Part shown: positions 46,795 to 60,192 of the stretch, one piece after another | Numbering within the stretch: the first letter of the stretch is position 1 | How the letters are laid out: the number at the start of each line of letters is the position of its first letter | Assembly (NCBI RefSeq): GCF_041146345.1 | Contig: NW_027191414.1 | Coordinates: 124,001-188,000, forward strand | Reading direction: 5' to 3' | DNA: 64,000 nt | Source: Neodothiora populina | Taxonomy: Eukaryota | The notes under the pieces: generated by a model | The model's input: the letters and a program-made list of their open reading frames with translations, nothing else | The model's database searches: none | What the model was told of the DNA's origin: nothing | Made by a program: the position numbers and the translations under genes

Positions 46795-48093
46795 AGCTAC
46801 TGCTGCTTTTCGCTGTTACTCGAACACCACAGTCGTTGTATGCGCGCACGACTTATGCCTGCAAATGCAGTGTATGTATGCTTTCGTGCGAATTGGACCT
46901 CACCGACTTCTGTCGAGTCTCAACGAGCAAATGCGAATATCCCCAAGTGAATTCGAGTTCCCCAATTCGTATATGTCGTCAGTGAGGTGATAAGTCACGG
47001 TCAGTGATGCCTTGTGAATGGTCAGAGGGAAGCAAGTTCCCTTGCCCGCACTCTGCTTGCATTCGCCTGCCTGGGCAAGCTTGCTTCTGCCAGCGCATCG
47101 ATCCATTCGCTTCGGGAGGAAGGGGTAGGGTAGGGTAGGATGCTGTGCTGTGCGTGCTGTGCTGTGCTGCGCTGCGTGTTTCCCCAGCCACGCACAAGCT
47201 CTCATCGAGGCATGGCCGCCCGTATGATCTGTTGTCCCGGACCACTTCATGGCTGCGCAAGCGCCTGACGCTATCATGCGCGTATCAAGGGAAGGGATCA
47301 GGCACAGCAACTACACAAGAATGCATCAAGACGGCATAGATCTGGGCTTCAGCGTGAACAGGTTAAGAGACGCTTTGGACTCTGCAAAGTGAAGATTATG
47401 CTAATCCGACAAGCGGCAAGGGGAGAGAGATGAAGTTCACACTTTCAGGCACGGCTTCTGGCATGTGGTCACTGATCCTTTCTATCCTGCTCCAATTCCA
47501 CTTTAAACCCCTCCTCGTCATATTCCACCTACGGCTTTCAGCAGTACCTGGCCTGGTGACCGTTGAGGGTTGTAAGGACCTGGCCAATCGCTGTTGGTAG
47601 CTTGCTTCTTGGCGGGGAGCTGCATGGCGCTTCTGCAACTTCGTCCGGCATTTCTACTCGTACTATACAAGCACAACCCTGCCATTGCTATCGATATACC
47701 GAGACTTGTTGCATACGCCTGTAGGAAATGGAAGCGGTGGTATACTGGCGTTGATAATGCTGGAAAAGTGGATATTGTCTTCTACACGACCACCTTGATG
47801 CCGTCTTAACTGGTAGCTCACCTGGATCCTGCTACTATTTGTATCGACATCCTTGTCAGGCAGCAACGTTCACAACTTAGGCATATCACGTCCACAGTGT
47901 GAAGACCGGCACGACTACAGATGTGAGTGTGATGCATTGATAAGGTTGATCTTTGATTCATCGTATGACCACATATTCTTCAGAGCTCATACATCGTTGC
48001 TATTACCGGCATACTACATTGCCATCTGTTCCAATTACATTACTCTCGTGAGGGAAATCCACAAGATATCTCCAGGCCTCGGCAAATGCTCAA

Positions 48094-50545
48094 TTAACAA
48101 GAGTTTGCTGGGCATGCAATCGAGGTGCCGTAAGGATCAGGTCCAGCAATGCCCGCAACCTGGAAAATGGCGTTGATCACACCGCCGATACCCTCACCAG
48201 CAATCATACCAGCAGCTACAGCATAGCCGTAGATGTCGAAGTTGGCGGGATACTTCTTGGCCCAGAAGTATGCGGGCACTGCTCCGATAACCATCGCAGT
48301 TCCGTACACGGTCTGAGGAAGAACAAAGGCAAGACCGATACACTTCACAGTATGTTAGTAAAAGTTGCATGACTGTTCAATTTCTTCAAGGGACTCACCA
48401 TCATGTTGGGGTGGTATGCTCTGTACTTCTCCCACTTGCCAGTGTAGCCGTATTGGCGGAAGATGACCATAGCAGCACCAAAAATGGAGAAAACAATAGC
48501 AAAGATACCAGAGCTGGTTGGCACAGGGAACGTCTCGTCGGTCATGGCGACAGTGACTGCACGCCATGCAGAGACGGAAGGTGCGGAGAAGGGGCAGGTC
48601 TCGGCTTCGAGATCGATGATGCAAGGGTAGGCCTTGCAGAAGAGCACAAACATGGCAGGTGCCAAGAAGACGGCGACGATCGTGCCCAATCCTTGTGCGT
48701 ACCATTCTATCAATGTGTTAGTGGACAAGACGATACAATGTTCTCAATGGCAACTTACGTTGAATAGGCGAGGTGCGGAGCAAGAAACCAACGCGGAAAT
48801 CACCAGTCAAATCCGAGGCTTGGTTGGCGCCCATAGATGCCAGGGAACCGCCAAGCAAGTTGAGACGCTGAGCATGAGTGGGTGCCCAGTGCTCGCCCTT
48901 CGTGGCACCACCAAGAATGATCTGAGAGGCCTTGGAAGCAGCAGTGAGAGGAGTGATGTCGGTGACACCAGCGCATTGAACAGCGAGGAAAGTGAAGAAG
49001 AACGCGAGGAAAACAGAGAGCAGAGACATGCCGACAGGCATGTCGAACTGGACACCGAGCACAACGCAGATGGCAATGATGGTGATGAGAAGGAGAGGAG
49101 CCCACATCCAAACTTTAACAAGCTCGTGTTCCTCGGCGGGGTCCTCGACCATCTCATCATCCTCCATGTGGGCCTTGTTCTCGAGAGCGGCAGAGGACTT
49201 GCCCATGGTCTTCAGGAGCGCGTTCAATCCCTTGGAGCTGCCACGGACAACGGCTTTGCTGACGTGGAAGATGACCTTGTACTGGAGGAAAAGTTCGGTG
49301 AAAGAGACGACAATCATGAGAAGGACACCAGGCCAGAGCAGCCAATAGCGAGGGCTGGGTGTGTCCTTTGAAGATGCGGCGCCACTAAGAGAAGCGAAGG
49401 TTACGAGACCTTCCCATCTAGGGTCATCTCCTCCTGCGGCCTTGCCGAAAGCTGCTCCATTGTGCACTAGCGCTGGTCCGATGATACCCCAGGCGAGAAC
49501 ACTACCTCCAAAGAAAGACAGCGAGGTGTTGAGGCCGACAAGGATACCGGAGCCGATGAAAGCGGGGGTCCACTCAATCATCCATCCCCAGTTCTCGACA
49601 GCAAGGGCCTGGTTGTTGTAGCCACCCCAGATGAAGAACCAGGTGAAGATGTGCCAATCCCAGAGGATACCAATGGCATACTGAGAGACAACGCGCAGCA
49701 AGAGAGCAGCAGAGAAAGCGTAGCTGAGGGCTCGCATCTTCAGCTTTGCAACAGCTTCACCAGTTGCAGCGTCGTGCATGGAACGAATGGTCATGGCACA
49801 AGCGGTTGGGGTAGGGAAGATCAACTTCAACTCGCGTGCAACGTAGATGATGAAGAACTTCCTAAGCGGAGTGCTGCATGCGAGGCCGAAGTAACCACCG
49901 ACAACAGTCAGGGAAATAAGGCGACCGAAATCCTTCTCGGGGGTATCGAGAAGACCGAGCTGGTAGAGGGCTGGGATACCAGAAACGAAGACACTGGACA
50001 GACCACCAGCGGCAGTGGCGGCAGTCTGCACGATGTTGTTTTCGCGAGGTCCGAAGCTACCGCCGAAGATGGGGAAGCCCTCGGGCAATGCTCTTGACAG
50101 ACCTTTCAGGACGGAGAAACCAACGATGGCGCCGAACAGATTGGCACCAAAGGTCCATCCAGTTTTCAGACCGAGATAGACGTTGGACGCGTTAACCAAA
50201 GCACCGCAAATGCAGCCTACAAACAAGGCGCGGATGGTCAAGATCCTCTTGTTCTCTTCGGGTAGATCATCGTATGGAACGAAGGGATCGATTTCGAGCT
50301 CCTCCTCGCTCTCCTCTACCTCGCCCACGAAGGTGGCGCCCTTCTTCTCCTCTGCGCTGTGGGACGAGAGGGCATCATCACGACTGTCTGGGTTAAGAGA
50401 GTTCCTCTTCTCTGAAAGGGGATAGACATTGGGGTTGATTTGACCCATAAGCTGGATGATCTTAGTTACACTAGTCTATAGTGGGGGAGGAGAGACATAA
50501 ACTTACCTCGACCGGGTGGTCAGCTACTTCTGTAACACCAGACAT
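48094..50545 (-). CDS. OPT superfamily transporter (YSL-like clade); exons 50545-50507, 50451-48759, 48706-48399, 48342-48094
   Basis: NVYLGLKTGWTFGANLFG, FGPRENNIVQTAATA, LIFPTPTA, DLTGDFRVGFLL, AVAAGMIAGEGIGG; many TM segments. Confidence 0.93.
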
Positions 50546-53500
50546 GATTGTATACTCTAGTGAAACTTATAGCAGGGGCTGCCAGTGGATGAATCACGCC
50601 GCTGTGGCCAGTCGAGGTGGGTTGCTCCATACTTATATGCACTCTCGCACAGCGTCCAACGCCACTATCTCAGCATGTCTCCTCATTTCCTGTCGCGCAC
50701 TATTCGAACTACTGTATCTCTACCCGACTGATAGGGTTCGCAGCGAGATGGTATACGAACCGCGGCTGAAAAGGCTATGACAAGAATCATTTGCTTTTCG
50801 AATGCTTGACTCCTTCCTCATAGAGAAGCAATTGTCTCTTGCCAAGCTTGAGCAATGCAACATCGAAACGGCCACGATGCTGGCTTGAAGCTTGTAGTCC
50901 TCGCTTCGGCGCCATTACACGAGCGGCGCGCTTGCCAAGCTCGTTATCGACCGCCGTCAGATAAGGCCAGACTTGACATGTGCAACCGGAAGTGCATTTC
51001 TCGTACGTCGGGGGATGCGCATATCTCTGGGCACACAGCCTAATTCGACCATTAGATTGGGAAAAAGTAACAATGCTATCACTGTACCACGAGGCGAGGA
51101 GAGTCACATCTGTTGGCAAAGGATCGAGCGTCAATCGATCATTTAGGAGAGAGTGCTTGTGCCGCGGTATCCATGAACTTTGTTTGTACTATTGTTCGGC
51201 TATACCTTAGATATCATCGTTCTTTGCCCAATGGCGGTGACAACTGAATACCTACCCTATTGAGTGTAACTTTACTCCCCCTCATGGTTGAGCCCGACAC
51301 AGTGGGAACGGTCTCGCAATTGAGGCGTACCTCCAAGCAGATCGGCTAGATGACCCGTCATGTGCTCCTCATGCATAGAGCTCAAAATCAGGACGAGTGG
51401 AATGTCTCTGTACATGGCTGAAATGGTGTGGTCATTTTCCGAGACGAACACTCAAGCAGATAACGCAGCGGCCCGACGCCCGGAAGAATGCGATGAAGTC
51501 GGCTTTGATAGACTGGATGTCGGTTGCACTAACCTCGGAAAGGCAGGGGTCTTACATGTCTGCGAACCCTATCTCGCGAGCTTTCGCACAACCTCTCTCC
51601 GAGACCTTGGCCTTCTGGAACTTTTACAAGTGGCAGCACAGTACAGTATACAGTGTATCTTATCTAAGTATAGCAGGTGCATTCTTTGTGTAACTTTCGA
51701 TACAAAGAGCCGCATGTGACATGAATCCTCACAGCCTGAGGATGGCCGATCATTTGTTTTACCTTCGCAGACGGTGTCACTTAATTATCAATCCTCCGAG
51801 GGTCTATCCAGGTGCTAACAGAAATCCCACATTCCAGCCCCTGCTCGCTTAACACGACCCCTACGATCTTCCAATTCCTACCCCCACACTCTTATTGAGA
51901 CCACACCTGGAAAGCGAAGGGTCGCGGCCGTGCTTTCCTGCAATCTTGCACATAGCAAAATGTACGGGACCCTGAAACATTGCTCGGTTGATTTCCTCAC
52001 ATCACGCAGAATGTCTCGTTAAACCACCGCACGAGCATCAAGGGTACCAGATTCGCGGATATGGTGAGTCAGGGTGCGAGAGGTTGGTAAAAGCTTGCCC
52101 CCAGACGTGAAAGATAGCAATCACGTTATGGAAACCCATCGCAACGAATCATTGGAGGAGAGGGGGGCCCGGCGGACAGATGTCGAAATACAATCATGGT
52201 ATTGCGCGCCTGTCACATTACGAGATACAAATTAAATTCGAATGTTCCGGACTCGTTTCGCCGGCATATCGCGGTAGATCAGTGCATGAACAGGATCTCG
52301 CCGAAAGTGTCCTGGAAACTGTTATACCCACGGGCCTTCGGCTGCAGTATTCGAATCATTACAGCGCATGCCAGCCACAAGGCCGAGCATCTGCTTTACA
52401 TTTCAGTATATTTTAGTCCACCGAATATTGAGCCGTGGGGTTGTTCTCCAACACCAGCGCTGATCCGATCTGGTGTTCTTCTGGCCCCCAAATCGAACAC
52501 CCCGCCATGATCGTCAGCATACTGCCTTGAAATGGTCATCAGACATTGGCTTGTCCGTCCGGGATGCATCCTTCCAGAGTAAAGGTGATGTTGACGGACG
52601 TTTACCAACAGCCCACAAAGCTCTCTCGTCACGCCATCCAATATGAGCATGCACAGTCACGGTGCATTCACCGCTGCAGGCCAAGGAGGGAGTCGATGAT
52701 CTGCCAGCGTCAGCAGATGTATTGTTGACTCACCTATGATTACCGACTTGTTCCTGGTTCGTTGTCGATATGGACTCACTTGCAGAATGTAGCAATTCCT
52801 TATCGAGGCGATAATCTTTTCTGTGTTCGTGCGTGCCTGGATCAGACAGACTCACCGAACAAGGTGTTGTCTGATCGAGCTGCTTAAAGGCCCGAATGAG
52901 CAGTCCATGTGTGTGTCGTATCGTAAATTGCCTTGAAGCCTTGCGCTGCCACACCTCTTCTTACATGCTATTTCATACTCAAGAGTGTTCGCCCATATCT
53001 GTCATCTTCGTGATAGGAAGCACAACGTCCCGGTCACCATGCTATACGAGGAGGAGCGTTGCATACGGCCGAACGAGCTTAGATTTCGCTCATGGTCCCC
53101 GCGAAGCTTCTCCACGCAACATGTGGCAGCCCGGGCGCGGAGATGTGCCTAGGTGTGAGAGCAATATGCACATGGACGTCCTCGGGCTTAACGCACCATG
53201 ACTCGAACGTTTGGCGCACGTAGCAGCGTGTGAGTTTCGGTCGATCTTATCTGGACCTCTTCTTACTGGTTCTCGCCCATGCCTCGTAGGGCTTTTCTGC
53301 AAGAGCTCCGAGTTGCTCGTATCGCATGGGGTTCCGCTTCCCCTCCGACGCGCTGATGGCATCGTCGCGCCCGACATAGTTCCTACCATGTGAATATAAA
53401 ACCGTCGTTGCTCTTCTGCATAAAACACAAGAAATCATGGAGATGTGCAATGGACAAGCAAGACTTTGCCGGGCATTGCCGGACCACCATTGTAATGAGA

Positions 53501-53640
53501 GCATGAAAACAAGAGCTTTGGGTGTGTATCATTTCAATTGTATCTATACATAATTTTTTCTAAAGACAAATGCCTTGGAGGGCTGTATTGTATAACCCAT
53601 ATCGTACACGACATGCTATGCGAATGTCTTCTCCGTCCAC

Positions 53641-54699
53641 TCACTCTTTGTCGATCTTTCCTCTCCAGTCGGCGATATGATCGTTGATGACCTTGGCCGC
53701 CTGGTCGACAGTGAAGTTGCGACCGATGGCCTCGACGAAGTCGCCCTCAGGGTCTAGTTCGCAAAAGTCAGCCTGATTGATCAACAACGCATCTCAACAG
53801 CATAAGCGCGCAACTCACCCATCAAGTAAAAGTAAATGGAGTGATCCACAAGGTAATCCTGCCCGGGCTTGACATCAGGCGGAGTAGAGAAGTAAACACG
53901 GTACTGCTTGCACGCATTCTTGACCTCGTCCCACGTTCCCGTCAAGCCAATCATATCCGGGTGAAACTCAAGCAAATACTCCTTGACGACCTCGGGGGTA
54001 TCCCTCGCGGGATCACAAGTGATGAAGATAGGCTTGAGCACATTGCCGTGCCTCTCCTTGACCTGGTCGATCATGCCAGCCATCTTGTCGAGCTCCTCGG
54101 GGCAAATGTCCGGACAGTGCGTGAAGCCAAAGTACACGAGCGAATATTTGCCCTTGAGGCTGGCGTCTGTGAACGGCTTGTTGTCGTGGTCGATTAGAGA
54201 GAACGGTCCCCCCACTAGTGGTCGCCCGACGCCTTTGCTGTGCTGCGCTACGCGCTGCCGCGCCATGCGGTCTTTCTCGTGGCGGAAGTACATGGTCAGG
54301 CCTGCGCCTGCGAGGAGGAAGAGGAGTCCAGCTTGCCATGAGAAGGGCTGGGTGGTGGAAAGAGTGTGTTAGTATTTTCTTCTTTCTATGGACGTTGATT
54401 CTTACGCCCCCAAAGAGAGCAACGGCCAAAGGAAAGCTGCCTACCCCTAATCTGTATTTCGACTTTGCCTCCTCGACGGATTTATATGACTGGCGAGACG
54501 TCGAAGAGAAGAAGCGCGAAGAAGCATTGCATCCTTGCGCCAGGCGCTGCTGCTGCTGCTGCGGTCGAAAGTGAATCCTCGGGCTCGCTCGGCTGGTCTG
54601 TGTGTATTGATGCAGACATCTCGTGGATGATCGTGATGCGGCGCTTCGCAGCATGCGCTGTAGGGCTTTTTGTGGTGCTGTTGTTGCTGCTGCTGCCAT
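53641..54699 (-). CDS. SCO1: Sco1/SenC mitochondrial copper chaperone; exons 54699-54445, 54347-53819, 53753-53641
   Basis: GGPFSLIDH, YFGFTHCPDICPEELDKM (CxxxC), DYLVDHSIYFYLMDPEG; presequence plus a single TM segment. Confidence 0.96.
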
Positions 54700-55299
54700 G
54701 GTTGATGACTGTGTCGCGAATCGAATAGTTATTGCTTGCGCCGAGGTTTGGGGCTTTCGCCGCATCATTGTCGAATAAGTCGCTTGGAAGCACGGGCCAC
54801 ACAGGGTCTTGTATGGTGGAGTCACTGTGTGCCAAGCTCAATGACGCTCATCCATCTTTGTATACAGATCTCCTAGAAATACACTCGGTGCTATCTGTAG
54901 AAATCCAGTGCGGTGTTCAGAATAGAAGATCAAGGACACAAGGAGGTTGATGTTATGTGTGATATGTGAATTTATGTTTTCAGTGCTACCATACATCAAG
55001 TAGGTGCATCTCGACTATCTACATGGCTATATATTGCTAACATCTCCTTCCTTCAACTCCCACCAACAAATCCTCCGTCCTTCGCCTATACAACAGTAAA
55101 TATCCTTCAAGGAGGGAAAAAAAAAAGAGTACCAGCGTCGTGTGCTGTATCAAGAAACATAAGAAAAGGGGGTTATATCGCGAAAATAAGATGACGAAGA
55201 AATGACCAAAGAAAAGTGGGTATATCGCTAGTCCAGTAGAATCCTGCCCATGTTGTGTTCAAGTCTTGCTTTTTTTCAATGTCCTGCTGCAATCTTGGC

Positions 55300-57687
55300 T
55301 CAGATGAAGAAAATGGCGCCAAGGGCAATCGCTGCCGCACCAATGCTGAATTCCAGCCTGCTCGCAGCGCCAGTATAGAACGCCATACCGCTATGGGTAG
55401 GGACGTACTGGTAGGCTGTCGTTGAGCTCGCGACGCCAGGAACAGTGGCGGCAGAAGAGACATTGTGTGCCGCGTAGACTTGCACTTGCACAGGAGCAAT
55501 GGTAGCAGTGACGACCTGGACATAGACAGAGCTCGATGTGAGAGGTGCAGGAACAGCGGTGGGGTAGATCATGCTGCTCGAGTTGGATGCAGCATAGAGA
55601 GCACCGTAGTTCACAACTGGTGTTGGGACAGCCGAAAGCGTCGTTGTCGTGACAGTGGACACAACGCTCGACACAGGGGTGCTCGACATGGGAAAGTTCG
55701 ACGCAGGAGTGTTTGACACAGTCGTCGTCGAATTGACGCTGGAGATGGAGCTGGAGATGGAGCTGGAGCTGGAACTGTTCAAAGACACAGAAGAGAGACT
55801 CTGGATCCTTAGAGCGGCAACAGGACTACTGCTCGATACAACAGTGCTGTATGCGGTCGATGTGGTGTGTACTGTAGTCGTCGTCGTCGAAGTAGCCTCA
55901 TCAGAACTGGCAGAGCTGGTAGAGCCGGACTCGGTGGCAGTGACTGGGCAGACAGTAGTATAAGACGTGACATCTTCCGTCACGTAGACTGTTGCCTCTC
56001 CGATCTCATTCATTGTCGAGACGGTGTTGGTCACAGTGCCGTACACAGTCGAGGTAGTGTAGAAGAGGTTGGCATCGGCTGTCACGGCACTGAGGGCTGC
56101 AGACGAAGTGGCAGAGGCCTCGCCAGCAGTCACCGGGCAGACTGTGGTGTACGACGTGACGACATCGGTCACATAGACTGTGGCTTCGCCGGCCGCGTTG
56201 GTGGTGCTCACAGTCTGTGCAGCGGTAGCGAAGACGATGGATGTGGTCATGAGAGGACCGTTGGTCGATGCGCCTGTGGCAAGAACGGCGCCAGCAGCAC
56301 TCTCGGAGATAGTCGAGTTGGATGTAACGGCAGCCGTCGAATTAGCCGCAGTAGTGATAGGGCCTGAAGAGGAAGCTGTGGCACTCGAGGTCGCGTTTGT
56401 TGTTCCTGTCACACCAACGAACTCATTTCCGCAATTGCCACCGATAGTGTCGCAAGTTGCTAAGGCGCAATACTCGGAAGTATCGCCACAGTAGCCATAG
56501 ATGGAGCAACACGATCCAAAGATAGATCCGGCACAAGTGTATCCGTTGTAGGTACCGCAAGTTCCATCAGGGGAGATGGTTTGCGCGGGGCAAGGGTTGA
56601 TCTCAGTGTCGATGGTGGAGCCGGCGGCCCTGGCAGTGAGGATTTGCTTCATCCATGTAGCGTAATCCCTGCCGCAGATGACATTGTCATCGGCAGCAGA
56701 AACCTGCCAAAGCATGATACCGCCAAAGTTCCCGGTGCCAAAGATCTCACCAACTAGAGTATCAACTCCAGCAGGGTCGATATAGTATGAGGCATCGCTT
56801 GCAGTATCAGTGCTGGCAGCAAGGCCCATGTAGATCTTGACATTGGGGTTCAGCGAGCTTGCACCTGACCAGTTGTCATAGCCAGTGAAGCCGGTCTGCC
56901 TCTTCCTGGAAAGGAGCGCGGAGCGTGCAGAGCATTGGGCGGTGTTGTAGTACTGAACGAAGATGAAGTCGAACCAAGCATTGGCAATAACAGTTGAGAG
57001 ATGCTCATCAGGCACGACGCATTGAGGTGCCGCAGAAAGATAGTAGCTCTTGCTACCGTCCTTGGGGAAAAGTTCGCTCTTGAATGTATTGGCCATTGTC
57101 GCCCAGCCTCGAGTCTTGTAGTCGGTGATGGTGCTTCCGTTTGATACCGGTGCTGAGTTTAGGGTGCTTTCGATATCGAAGTCGAAACCGTCAACAACTG
57201 CGTCTTTAAAGGGTCGCGGGCCGTCAGCCTGCGTCCATTCGTCTAGAGAAGGACCGAAGGCACCCCAGAGAAAGCGCGCAAAGTTGGCTCCGCTCTCATC
57301 GTTGTTGTTGAAGCCATCTGCGTCAGCACCACCAATGCTTAGAAGGATCTTGGTGCCATAGATTTCCTGGCATAGAACGATATCAGGGCCGATATCAGGG
57401 CAGTTTGAGAGCAGCTGCGTTGAGATGTTGTTGTAGGTGTACGTCTCGGTTCCGCAAGCATCTCCGAAGTTGGTTCCAGGCCAGCCAGCGTTGCCTTGGT
57501 CGGGAAACACATTGACGAAACCAATGTTGATTACATCTATATTAGGATTTTGGCAGTAACTTAGAAGTGATCCTTGATTATTGCCCTGACCCCAGTACGC
57601 CACAACATTGGTCTTCGAAGACGCGTCGAAGGCTGACGCGAGACCGGCTAGGGTGGCAGCAGTAGCTGCAAAGTGAGTGGCACGCAT
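55300..57687 (-). CDS. GH18 class III (group B) chitinase with hevein/CBM18 module, S/T-rich stalk and probable GPI signal
   Basis: Signal peptide MRATHFAATAATLAGLASA; YWGQ, KILLSIGG, VDGFDFDIE (intact DxxDxDxE), LSAAPQC, FVQYYN, FGGIMLW; CBM18 GTCG..CCSIYGYCG..YC; hydrophobic C-terminus. Confidence 0.94.
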   Translation of the reverse strand: MRATHFAATAATLAGLASAFDASSKTNVVAYWGQGNNQGSLLSYCQNPNIDVINIGFVNVFPDQGNAGWPGTNFGDACGTETYTYNNISTQLLSNCPDIGPDIVLCQEIYGTKILLSIGGADADGFNNNDESGANFARFLWGAFGPSLDEWTQADGPRPFKDAVVDGFDFDIESTLNSAPVSNGSTITDYKTRGWATMANTFKSELFPKDGSKSYYLSAAPQCVVPDEHLSTVIANAWFDFIFVQYYNTAQCSARSALLSRKRQTGFTGYDNWSGASSLNPNVKIYMGLAASTDTASDASYYIDPAGVDTLVGEIFGTGNFGGIMLWQVSAADDNVICGRDYATWMKQILTARAAGSTIDTEINPCPAQTISPDGTCGTYNGYTCAGSIFGSCCSIYGYCGDTSEYCALATCDTIGGNCGNEFVGVTGTTNATSSATASSSGPITTAANSTAAVTSNSTISESAAGAVLATGASTNGPLMTTSIVFATAAQTVSTTNAAGEATVYVTDVVTSYTTVCPVTAGEASATSSAALSAVTADANLFYTTSTVYGTVTNTVSTMNEIGEATVYVTEDVTSYTTVCPVTATESGSTSSASSDEATSTTTTTVHTTSTAYSTVVSSSSPVAALRIQSLSSVSLNSSSSSSISSSISSVNSTTTVSNTPASNFPMSSTPVSSVVSTVTTTTLSAVPTPVVNYGALYAASNSSSMIYPTAVPAPLTSSSVYVQVVTATIAPVQVQVYAAHNVSSAATVPGVASSTTAYQYVPTHSGMAFYTGAASRLEFSIGAAAIALGAIFFI

Positions 57688-60192
57688 AATGAACGTAGAT
57701 AAATTGCTAGTAGAGAGTGGACGGCCTAGGCCAAAATGAAAGGACGCAAACAAGTGTTTGCACAGGTATAAAGATAGAACAGTAAAGATTGTGAGCGGTC
57801 AGATGAAGATGGCTGGACGAAAGAAAATGAGAGACTGGGAGTGGGAAACGGTATAATAAAGAATGGCTTCACAGGCATACTGACGTTTTTCACGGTATAC
57901 TAACGTCCCTCATCTCCCAGACAGGTGCGCCGATGCATACTATACCAACTAGGCCCACGAGGCCTCGTGCTCAGAGTAAGCCATACCTGTAAACGGCTAA
58001 CCGCGCCGGAGCCACAACAGAGCTGCTCGCGCTATCGACGGCGATTGTCGAGTCTGTCAAGGTGAGAGATGGAGGAGGCTCCCTAATTGCCGTTCAGGTG
58101 AATGCCCCCTTAAGTGCACGGACGGTCCAAGGGAAGATTTCATTGGTCAGCTTCTACATTTTGCGGAGTCAAGCTTTCACCTCATTTTGGGAGAGCCACC
58201 ATTCTGTTGTACCTACACATCGAAAAACTTCCTATTCGGTTAATACATCATCCAGAGGAGCCAGGAAGACTTCGCACAGGCTGTATCACCGGATACAGCC
58301 TGTGCGAAGATCTGCTGGACTCATGAGCACGACTTGGCTACCCACAGTGTCGTGGTTCTGTCGTTGACCGTATTGGACCGTTATTTAGGGAGGCAGGGCA
58401 ACATGGCCGTTGCAAGAAATTCTCCTGGTTTTCCCATAACTACGGTCCTCATATGGTTATCACGCCAAGACGTTGTCGGTCAAGAAACGGCGACCTCCTG
58501 CCTCCTGAAAGCAACGGCTGAACAGGGTGACGTCCTGCTTCCATGCTATTGTGGAAAGTGAGAATTCATGCTTCGGAGAATAACCACGGTTAACTCGATC
58601 ATCCTTGTTATGCTCGACACATGATATCTCCGGGTAATGGCAAGTCAGCTCTGCTGTAATAGTATCAATGGATAGGCGCAAGTCGGTTTTTGTCAAGACC
58701 TTGAGCGCTCCAAGAGCTTAGGCATGAGCATATGTAGTGAGCTGGTGTATAGCAATACACGAGAGTCTATTGGTAGAATGATCGTCCAATTCCTCACAAA
58801 GAGTGTCAATAAAGTGAATCTTCTTGGTTGTGAGCTTGCCGACGCAGTTCTGTTATACTCCATGACGAAGCACACGAGGTGGCTGTAGCAACGTCCTGTC
58901 CCATTGAGCGTTGCTGGGTAGAAACGGTCAATCGACTGGCTCAGCATGGTCATCACCAGGGCAGGGTCTGGTATAAGTAGGTCTATTATACGTATTAGGC
59001 GAATGGCTCTCCCGACGCAGTTGTTCCTGGAAGCACGGATGGTCTGTTCTGGTCAGGCTGTGCTATAGTCTGTTACACTGCACAGGTCGTGCAGGCCAAC
59101 CTCAGTCGAGCAGATCATTTGCGTGAAGCAAGATCGGTGTGACCAATCTTCTTCTCAACGTGTTTAGCATCTTGGCCTCTCATATGAGAGCACGCACAGC
59201 CATCGTCAAAGGGGTGAGGGCAAAGATGATTTGCAAGGAGCCTCTGCTCGGGATATCACTTCTAGTAGTATAGCAGCCAATTATTCAGCGAACTTACGGT
59301 GGGAATTGGACGAAGTCGAAATACAGTATGTTCTGCTTCGAGAACACGCCAAGGATCTTCTCAAAGTGAAACAAGTTCAGCACGCACGAGTGGTTTGGCC
59401 ACTACAAGCACCTGGCTGCCAGGTTCAGCGCTGTTTGCCGTGAACCGTTCATCGGAGGATGGAGCGAGCATAAGACCGAGACGCCGTGACCGGTCCTGAA
59501 CAGGCCCCGCAGCGCGACTCTTAATGAACTTCCACCTCGTCATCCTAGGCCTGATGCAGAAGGTAACTTGACTTCAGGCAATAGAAGAAGGTAAGGTAAG
59601 GTACAGTACCTTACTGACCTCGGTCACAACAAAAGACGCTGTGAATCATGACGTAGTGGAAGGTAACTAAAGGCACCTCGTTACCCTACTTTGAGTCATG
59701 GCAAATGCAGAGGCCGCCGGTTAAACACCAGCTTCGAGCTTTCACAGTGCTAGCGACTAACATATCAATCAATGAACAATTGCCACACGCCCATCGTAAA
59801 GGGTGACGAATATATGACCTGAGCCGCCCCATCAGGATGCGGGAGCCATTATGCTAGTTCATGTTCTAGTCGGGCAGCCACGCAGATGCCGTGTGGACAG
59901 TGTACGCTTCTTGCACGAGAAGGCACTTGCATCCTTACAAACGAAAAAGCTTGTGTTCGGGGTTCACGGACTTTAAGGCTTATTTTGCCCAAAACACTTA
60001 AAAAGACTGTGCCGATAGCCGGGTGTCTCTCAGCTGCCACCTTATGTTTCGTTGAATGGAAGAAGTCATAGGAAGGACGGCCTTTAGCAGGCCGATCCTA
60101 TCGATATATAGATTGCATCGGAGAGAGTAAGTCCCGAATGGTCAGTGAATATATACTTATAGAACGGCTCGCCCAATGTAATCGCCACATAA

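Noticed and set aside
57956..57969. Perfect 14-bp palindrome CACGAGGCCTCGTG upstream of chitinase
   Set aside because: About 4 palindromes of this length are expected by chance in 64 kb.
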